Shown piece by piece: positions 12,191-20,000 of a stretch of DNA of 20,000 nt; position 1 is the stretch's first letter; the number at the start of each line of letters is the position of its first letter. Made by a program: the position numbers and the translations under genes. The DNA lies in NCBI GenBank assembly GCA_000934665.2, contig KZ538418.1, forward strand, positions 53,011-73,010, given 5' to 3'. The notes beneath the pieces were generated by a model. That model had not been told where the DNA came from, ran no database searches, and saw nothing but the letters and a program-made list of their open reading frames with translations. The DNA comes from Catajapyx aquilonaris. Lineage: Eukaryota.

Positions 12191-13669
12191 CCACACGAAT
12201 ATTGTTCCGAGCCAAACTTTGCCGCAGCCCAAAGTTGCTATAAGCACGCAATTTTATTTTCCTGTGCCTGACTTTTGCACCAAATATTGAGCCCTTATCA
12301 CCCGCGACATTTGGCAGCTCAGTAAGACCAATTCAACCGGAAGTTGGCAATGGCACCCCAGGACTGGCTGGTGCATATAGCCCCTGCTTTTCTTATGGGT
12401 TTTCTGTGGAAGCCGCCTGATTGGCGCCTGTGCCGCAAAAGATTCGTGTGCCAGAGAAGGCACGCACCAATCCTATACGCTCTTTTTATTCGCAATTAAT
12501 TTTCAATAATGGCCCGAGGGTCTCAGCAAAATGGTGACGTCTCTTGGGTGTGGTTTTGGGGGCATTAGGATATACTGCGACAACTGGGAAGCACATGTCG
12601 CGCCAAAATATTTCTTAATTGCAGACCCTCCAGAGTTAGTGGTGCTGCCGGCACCGCAGACTGTCTCCATTTTCTTATCCTTGCTAGCTCCCAAGCCTTA
12701 TCTGTCGCCCATCATGTGGGACTGGAATTTACAACGTGCCTGTCATAAAAGCTGGGAGGAGACCGGTGGAATTTTCACTTAGGACATTGTTTAACGTGCT
12801 TGCTGTTTGAAATGCGGCAAAGTCAAATTGCTCTTGTCACAATTTGTTTCCAAATGGAGTGAACGTGCTGGGGAGCAGTCAAGTGTAACGAATAGTGGAA
12901 CCAAACAAAAATTGTAGAATAGCCATTGATGTGGATGTGTTTGCATGCCATCACAGAATTAGGCTACTACGGAAAATGAGAGTGGTCTGGATTACCTGGT
13001 TATTCCTTTTCTATGCCACAAGTAACTTATATGGGCCATAATGTTACTGCAGCACCTGCTGGAGTTAACCTATTGTAATCCCTGCAGACACAGCCTCGAA
13101 TGCAGAAATGTGAATAAATACCTGCATTCGCATTATGGTTATTGTGACTACACCGGTACCTCAGATAATACCGGAAATAATATTCGACGCAGTGTGCATT
13201 TCATGAGGTTTGATACCATATGTGGTGGCAGAGAAAAACATATAGGCTATAAGGGCTATAAGCTATGGCGAAAACCAGATGAAAGTAAAAATATTTTGTA
13301 TGATTCAGATTTGCTATAATGTATAGGCATGTACGCGTATTTCCTTCATTACATAGCATGAAATTAATATTTGCAAAAGTTCATATAGGCTCGGACATAA
13401 AAAGCAGTAACAAATATGAAGTTTAATCACAAATGCGGCAGTTTCTTGCGCAATTGCATGAGATAAAACATAAATAAATAATTCAGTTCTAACACACAAC
13501 GGCGCAAAAGAATTCCGTCATAAGATCTAATGGTGCTCCAAAAGAATTTTATATGGTAGGCTATACAATTTTATCAGGACTTCGTGTACCGCCCCGATTG
13601 TTTTTTTTTTGTAATATCAAGACAACAATGGGACCAAAGTATTTTATTATAATTTTTAACAGAAGGATC

Positions 13670-13684
13670 AAGGTAGGGTATATT
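13670..13684 (+). repeat. Left target-site duplication of the SINE
   Basis: AAGGTAGGGTATATT is 14/15 identical to 14041-14055, including 11 exact bp (TAGGGTATATT). It abuts the element 5' end. Confidence 0.8.
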
Positions 13685-14040
13685 GGGGAGGTGTGGTGGC
13701 CGAGATGGTAATGTCTCGGCTTGTTGAGTGAAAGGTCCCAGGTTCGATCCCCGCCTGGGATTTCCCTTTCACCTGCGTCAGGAGAGTCTCTGACCCGCGC
13801 CTTGGAGGTGTCGGGCAACCTAACCTCCTGGGGAACATCACATGACCCATTTCCAGACATTGCACTTTCACCCATGTTCCCTCCCCCCCCCCCCCCNCCC
13901 AAACCCCTATATCCTTACCCTATATATGTTCTTGTTTCCTTGCACCGGAGAGAGAACAAATAGTTGCAAAAACACTAGAACACTGATGGTGGTATGACAC
14001 CCCCATATAACGGCTTACAGTTGTACCACGGAGTTAAAAA
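13685..14040 (+). mobile_element. tRNA-derived SINE-like retroposon, apparently full length (~356 bp)
   Basis: Starts GGGGAGG immediately after the left TSD. A box TGGCCGAGATGG (13697-13708) and B box GGTTCGATCCC (13741-13751) lie at tRNA-like spacing, with a tRNA-like AGGTC just before the T-arm region. A non-tRNA body follows and ends in an A run (14036-14040, merging into the TSD). Flanked by direct repeats AAGGTAGGGTATATT (13670-13684) and AAGATAGGGTATATT (14041-14055). Family not identified. Confidence 0.85.
13697..13751 (+). promoter_or_regulatory. RNA polymerase III type-2 internal promoter (A box + B box)
   Basis: TGGCCGAGATGG fits the A-box consensus TRGCNNAGNNGG. GGTTCGATCCC fits the B-box consensus GGTTCGANNCC. 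The box starts are 44 nt apart, and the A box begins at +13 of the element. Confidence 0.75.
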
Positions 14041-14055
14041 AAGATAGGGTATATT
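14041..14055 (+). repeat. Right target-site duplication of the SINE
   Basis: AAGATAGGGTATATT directly follows the A tail and is 14/15 identical to 13670-13684. Confidence 0.8.
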
Positions 14056-14061
14056 AGTATA

Positions 14062-14065
14062 TTTT
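14062..14065 (+). terminator. First T4 run after the SINE, possible minimal Pol III terminator
   Basis: No run of 4 or more T occurs in 13685-14055. The first TTTT lies 6 nt after the right TSD. Its use as a terminator is inference only. Confidence 0.3.
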
Positions 14066-14713
14066 CAGCAGCAGGCCTATTGCAATTATGATATACACCG
14101 TATATCGCCAATTTGTCGCGCTAATATAATTTTGATTGATAATGTTCGAACGATGTTCATAATGTAAGAAGAGTTTGTTATTGCAATGAATACACCAAGT
14201 AAAAATAGACACTCGCATTTCAAAATTTACACCTGCTATATATTGCAATGAAAGAAAATATCTGATTGTGGCACAGTGGCAGGTGCACCAAGACTTCCAC
14301 TGTGCATGTCGCATTGGCAACTGTTGCTGTTCATCCAATACCATTGAATCGCCCAATATAGATCGGCCTCTAAAACCTTTTAAAAATGGCGAGTTACAAA
14401 AAAAAATGAATTTTAAAACTATAGGAAGTAGGCCTACACGTGCTGAAGTACTTTCTGTATGTCTGCAAGGGCCATGCCATTATGGTGCATAATTTTTAGG
14501 AGATATTCTATATATGAAAGGGTATTAAATGGAAATATTTTTTCTTGTTCCCCTACAGTAATATTCTTTCCAGAGGCTTCAGCGGTTAGGCCATTAATCA
14601 ATATCCTAAGACCTATAAGCATTAAGAGAAATTTTGTGACATTATTTTGGATGCTGCAAAGGGAGGAATCCCCGCCCACATGGCTAATTGGCCCAGGGTG
14701 AGGTAATAAACAT

Positions 14714-14727
14714 TTATTATTATTATT

Positions 14728-14807
<80 letters not shown>
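14714..14807. repeat. Compound microsatellite (TTA)6 joined to (TAA)26
   Basis: TTA units at 14714-14731 switch to TAA units at 14730-14807. These are the same triplet repeat in opposite orientations. Confidence 0.97.
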
Positions 14808-16285
14808 GTATTACAGCATTTGATTAATTTGCGTTCACGATGTTCATCCATTTGGCAATAGATGTTTCTGCATAAAAAACTACATCACACACAAGAATCG
14901 TTTCAAATTATTACAACTTTGAAGAACTACTTTAAAAACGCTTTCTAATCTAGTAGCTCTCAAATATGAAAAGTAATGCTCACAGTGAGTATCTGCCCTA
15001 GGACGGTGATTGGTGGCAGCCAAGTTGATGTCTTTTTATTATTATTTTGTATTAAATGTTAATGTTATATGAATTGGCTGTTGGGCCTGTATTGGGCATG
15101 GTCGGTCAATAAATTCCGAATAAGTGAGTATCAGTATATGTGCGATAATATTATGCCACATTTACCACTCAGTTTCTAGAAACATATTTCTTGCATTGTT
15201 TATTATGTAAACTTATGTGCGCATTTGATACGGTGTAATATGATGTGCATACAATTCATCGCCATTCATTTTTGATGTCAACAAGAATCCTTTTGTATAT
15301 AGGTTAAAAGACCGCAAGCCTTATTCCCTGTTCAGCTTATGTTGATGACAAGATTAAAGAAGGATTAGTTAATTAAAATCCTATGTGATTAATCCTGTGA
15401 TACAAAGTAACTCATTCAGACGGTCATAAATTTATGTCAAATATAATCAAATAAAATAAGTAACTGAAATTTATTTAAAGAATTAATTAAGAGAACGTTT
15501 TCCATGAACAGTGCCTTTTTGTTTCATGCATATTTCTCATATAGTTTATGTACTGTATGTGTTTGCTTAAAAATGCATCCCAACACCTTCCTGGCTATAG
15601 GTGGTTTATCTTGTTGGGGTATACAGTGTGTTGTCACATGCAATTTGTCTGGTTGAATAATACACAGCATTTGATGTCAAAGGGCATAATTTAGAACCTA
15701 TATGGCAAAAGAATTCCAAAGCCATGAGACTCACACGATTTAATTAATATAGCCTATACTGTACACATGTAAGAGTATAGTTCATGTACTACTATTTCAA
15801 TTTAACCGAATCAACTCTGCAGTTTAAAGAAATCGTATACTTACAAAGTTACAATATTATAGGCATGAGGCATAATGCAGTAAAAGATGAGAAGGCCCGA
15901 AATACAGGCCTATATTCAAGCAACGCAACATAACATATGCCTGCTGCCCTGAGATATACAGTATACAAGCCGAGCAGAAAAGGTTGCATCGCGTTTCAAT
16001 CTGCCGGAAAAGTTTAAGACAGCATCCGACCTCAACAATGAGCAACACCCCACACAAAATGACCGGTACCGCATACGGTAGCCCGGTAAGTAAAAAATAA
16101 ATAAATCCGCACAAAGGGACTGGCCCGAGTATATATGTTTCCGCCAACATTTGTATTCCGAGGGAAGACCAAAATTAAGGCCCGAGTTAGCCACCGAAAA
16201 TTCCCTAGCATGAAACCAGAAAAGCCTTTAAAGAAGCAAAACAATGGAGCCGCATATGGAAACCCCCCCCCCCCCCCCCACCACC

Positions 16286-16406
16286 NNNNNNNNNNNNNNN
16301 NNNNNNNNNNNNNNNNNNNNNNNNNNNNNNNNNNNNNNNNNNNNNNNNNNNNNNNNNNNNNNNNNNNNNNNNNNNNNNNNNNNNNNNNNNNNNNNNNNNN
16401 NNNNNN
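16286..16406. other. Assembly gap (121 N) flanked by poly-C tracts
   Basis: Run of N with C17 on the left and C-rich runs on the right. Confidence 0.99.
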
Positions 16407-17011
16407 TTCCCCCCCCCTCCCCTCCCCCCCCCCTACGTACTACCGCATTCAGAAACGATTCGTATAAGCTTCCACGCGACCGACCTTTAACAACGTCCAT
16501 CCGACGGATTATGTTCGCCTTCCATATAACATCAGCCATTTTTTTCCTCCCTTCCTTCTCCGCCGGATCAAAAGCCACAGCTTGACTTTTCCCCCGAATA
16601 TCCGTGAGCGTGTCCCCGGAGAGAGCCAACATCAGCCATACCGTATATACGGAGCAAAAGAGAGAGGGNTCATTTAACGTTGGCAATTATTCAGTTAGGG
16701 CCTGTATCCCGGGGGCCGATCCTAATTAAGAAGGGAATAAAAGAAGGTGAAGCAGCAGCGGGTAGTGCTCTTGCCAATCTTCTTAGCCTTAGGACAGCGC
16801 TCAACTGCCGCCCATTCAGCGCCCATTCAGGGCCACACAAAGGCCTCATGCAAGCCCGGATAATTGGGACATACCTTACAATACGGCTTTGACTGTATAG
16901 TTCTTCCGTAATCAGTATTATAAAGGGCGGGCCCAGCTATCACATGCGCCTCTTCTCCTCTACTGTGCATTAGAATTTCAAATGTGGGGGCAGGCGGGGG
17001 AGGTTGGAATA

Positions 17012-17043
17012 GGGAAGGGGGGAGGGAGGGAGGGAGGGAGGGA
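17012..17043 (+). repeat. (GGGA)6 purine repeat, G-quadruplex-competent
   Basis: GGGAAGGG followed by (GGGA)6 at 17020-17043 gives 7 G3+ tracts with 1-2 nt loops. Confidence 0.85.
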
Positions 17044-18700
17044 GACCTAGGCCCAGCTCTCTCATTCAAGTCTTGCTGAGCAAATAACTTGTGCCAACTG
17101 TATCCGGGCAGCTCTTGTGTGCTGGCTGCCGGCGGCCCCGTGTTATGAATACGGCTTAGGCTAATTTCATCTCAATATGGCTCTTTTAAGCGACCATCAT
17201 CACCTGTTCCAAAATCCCTATCCTTCCACTTGCCCTGCCGGCCAAAAGAGAAGCCTCCCATAATAATTATTATATCTGCCACTATCTGCTGGACTGGCCC
17301 TTTTCAACGCTGCCTTTTTAGCCCCGGAACCGTTTCAACTTGGATCTCTATATTCCCAGCGCTGCCATAATCCGCGCAAGTGTATATATAATCAGGGTGG
17401 GGGTGGACCACCCCCGGATGAGTTGCTGAAAAAAAAATGTCCCCTTGTCCGCCAAGGAGCTTAGTGCGAATTGGATGTAGCCGAGCGAGGCATTGGCCTT
17501 CCGAGTTTTTCCATGACATCTGTCCATTAGTCGGGTATATATCTGGGCCAGATCACTGCTATTACTTGATTGAAACCGCCAATGGACACCAGCTGACAAA
17601 AGCTTTACTCAACTGTGGGGGGTTCCATATAAAAGGGACGATCATATCGTATGTGTGGGTGTGTGTGTGTCCGTGTGCTATTTATTAGTAGGAGCTGCGA
17701 TCCGAGAGGGGTCGCCAGCTACCAAGCAGGAGCTGATTTACACTAGCAGCTTAGGCCCCCTCCAAATCCACTGTGGTGTTGTAGTCCCGCTAACGCCAAA
17801 TCGCTGCCTCACTATAACCATCCATTTCCCACCATTACTCCCCACTCAACCAGAACCCCATGGCTGGCACGGTCAAAAGCCTCCCTTCCAAACATTTAAT
17901 TGTCAATTATTTCGCATCCATGACACACCCGGACATATTGTACAATAAACTACTGATATGTTTTGGTGGGGGAGGGATGGCCAGGGTGGGGAATTAATTG
18001 TTGCGCAATGCAAATTTGGGTTAAAAATGCGGGGTAATTTGAATGTGTGCTGTGTGTGTGCATGTGTGAGGCAACCGCTGGGCGTGGCCTGGGCACGTCA
18101 CTCACCTCTGAAAAAGGCGGGGATTGCAACCATGGCCGGGGGAGAACTAATCCCGCCCACCGGGGAGGAGTCCCCCCCCCTCCCTCTCCCTCTCCCATCT
18201 CCCTTCCCTCCCTCTGTGCCTAGATATCACCCCATCCACCCCCCAATGCCCTCGACTACCCCCCACTCCAACTCCACTTCTTATACGCCTATTATCCTAC
18301 AACAAGGCGCTCGATAGAGACCGTCGTTGTGTTTATTTGTGTCAACCGAGTTTCCCCCCCGCTTTCCCCCTCCTTCCCCCATCTCATTCTTATTAGGCGC
18401 ACTCTTTTTCTTCTGCAGTAGTTGGGCAACACGAGTGATGTTTCGCGACGACTCTCACTAGATGGCTGCTGCATCGACCAGTGAGTAATTTTATCAAACC
18501 GTTATGTCACCTCCCGGCACTTTCGTAACGCAAACTCAGGCCCTGCCGACATTTCACCTAGCGTTAGTCACGCATGACGTACGCGGATATGATATATGAA
18601 CAAGGGTTATATCACGCCATAGCAGCAACAATGCCACGCGAATAAAGCAGCGCAGTTTCTTACAGTGAATATTGCGCGAGCCTATAATGGGGAGAAACAC

Positions 18701-18701
<1 letters not shown>

Positions 18702-18773
<72 letters not shown>

Positions 18774-18782
18774 GTTATTATT
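18702..18782. repeat. (ATT)24 GTT (ATT)2 microsatellite
   Basis: Read directly. It explains the poly-Tyr in ORF 18665..18865. Confidence 0.97.
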
Positions 18783-19974
18783 CATCACGGTCTACTAAAT
18801 ATCATTGTAAAAACTATGTAGCTCATCAGTGCTGTGGTACCAAATTCGATACCGGTATCCTATAAAGGGGATGCATTATTTGTGCTTGTGGCAAAATGTT
18901 TCATGGATTGGCAGATGAGGCATCATCGGCGATAGGGGAATTATTTAGGGTTGCTCCACCCCCCTGAGGGTGGCCATGGATCTTAACTGGGTGTTTCATA
19001 CCAGTTTGATGCCCACATTTTAAGACTGCTAAAAACTGATTGATTTTTTTTACGCGCATGTATAGGGATGTATAATTATTGTCCTGTACTTGGGAGAATA
19101 ATGGGAGGAAGAGAGAGGGGAAGAGGGGCTGTCGATTTTGACATAAATTACGTCATCTGGTGCAGAGGGAAAGATGATAGAGGACGAGGTCCTCTCCTCT
19201 GTTATGAAGCATCAGCAGTCACACCTGCTTGTTATTACCATCAGAATAATATATTGCAATAATATCGCTCCAATAATATTGATTTAAAACTAAACTTTTT
19301 TCTGCTTGTGTGACAAGTGCAAGACAGGGCATATGGTGCTTAGCATGTGGGCCTATACCTGTAACCTCGTATTTCCACAACCCGCATAAACGTTGTAATG
19401 TTAATTGATATACATACTCACAACTGCTTCGGTCAGGGTCTCGCTGGATCTGTGGGCTTACCATGCCCAAAATACACACAGATAAATGCGTACTAAACTA
19501 TAGAGTGAGTCGTTATCCCGACTCTAATGCCCGCCGAGAGGGCTTTTCGAAGTCCTCCCACCAGAGGATAGCACGAGACAGGGTCATGCTCAAACTGAAT
19601 TGGATCCGTCCGTGGGCACTTCTAAATAAGTGTCATTTTATTTTTCATGCATGGTATGATGTACAAAATTTGTACCATTACTGGTACTGCTTTATATGCA
19701 GTATGCACTACACATATATGCAAGTCTGTTTTATATAGCCCTATAATAACGTGACATTTTGAGTCAAATAAGAAATGCAATCCTGCAGGAGGTGTAATGT
19801 TCCTTGATTTATTAATGCAATTAATAATATACACTGCTGTGATGGGCGTCAAGTAATTATTATACATGCATGCAATATACACATAATTATATAATATTCA
19901 TGCTCAATTTATAAATATTAAGTACACAATCACACAGGTAGCCTACATTCTGAGTCTCTCGACATTTCCTTCAG

Positions 19975-20000
19975 TATATATATATATATATATATATATA
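19975..20000. repeat. (TA)n microsatellite, truncated by window end
   Basis: 13 TA units run to the last base. Confidence 0.95.

Noticed and set aside
12531..12782. IYCDN resembling a retroelement RNase H motif
   Set aside because: Isolated five-residue match. The other catalytic motifs and RT are not present at the expected spacing.
13690..13762. Functional tRNA gene
   Set aside because: Acceptor, anticodon and T stems do not pair canonically. The sequence continues into a body, A tail and TSD, so it is better explained as a SINE head.
17179..17311. Two histone 3' stem-loop-like words (GGCTCTTTTAAG, GGCCCTTTTCA)
   Set aside because: The 3' arms do not complete the 6-bp stem, and there is no histone ORF upstream.
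3342..18008. Three copies of the C/EBP-type palindrome TTGCGCAA (3342, 13446, 18001)
   Set aside because: Widely dispersed and not significant once all possible 8-bp palindromes are considered.
11985..18865. ORFs 11985..12290 (SL repeat), 16135-16686 (X runs) and 18665..18865 (poly-Tyr)
   Set aside because: They are open only because they cross microsatellites or the N gap.

Overview
This window is non-coding-looking eukaryotic (metazoan) genomic DNA from a draft assembly, with one 121-N gap and single Ns, two of them inside homopolymer runs. CpG is not obviously depleted, which suggests an invertebrate. GC-rich blocks full of G/C runs alternate with AT-rich blocks. I cannot assign any ORF in the six-frame track to a protein family, and I see no operon, CRISPR array, rRNA or intact tRNA. 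The one well-supported complex feature is a complete ~356-bp tRNA-derived SINE-like retroposon at 13685-14040. It has Pol III A and B boxes, a short A tail and a 15-bp target-site duplication with one mismatch, and its RNA can fold into several perfect stems rather than a cloverleaf. The rest is microsatellites (one forming a 34-bp perfect AT palindrome), homopolymer and G4-prone tracts, and a few weak exon or decayed-ORF candidates. I found no convincing evidence for a novel multi-gene system.
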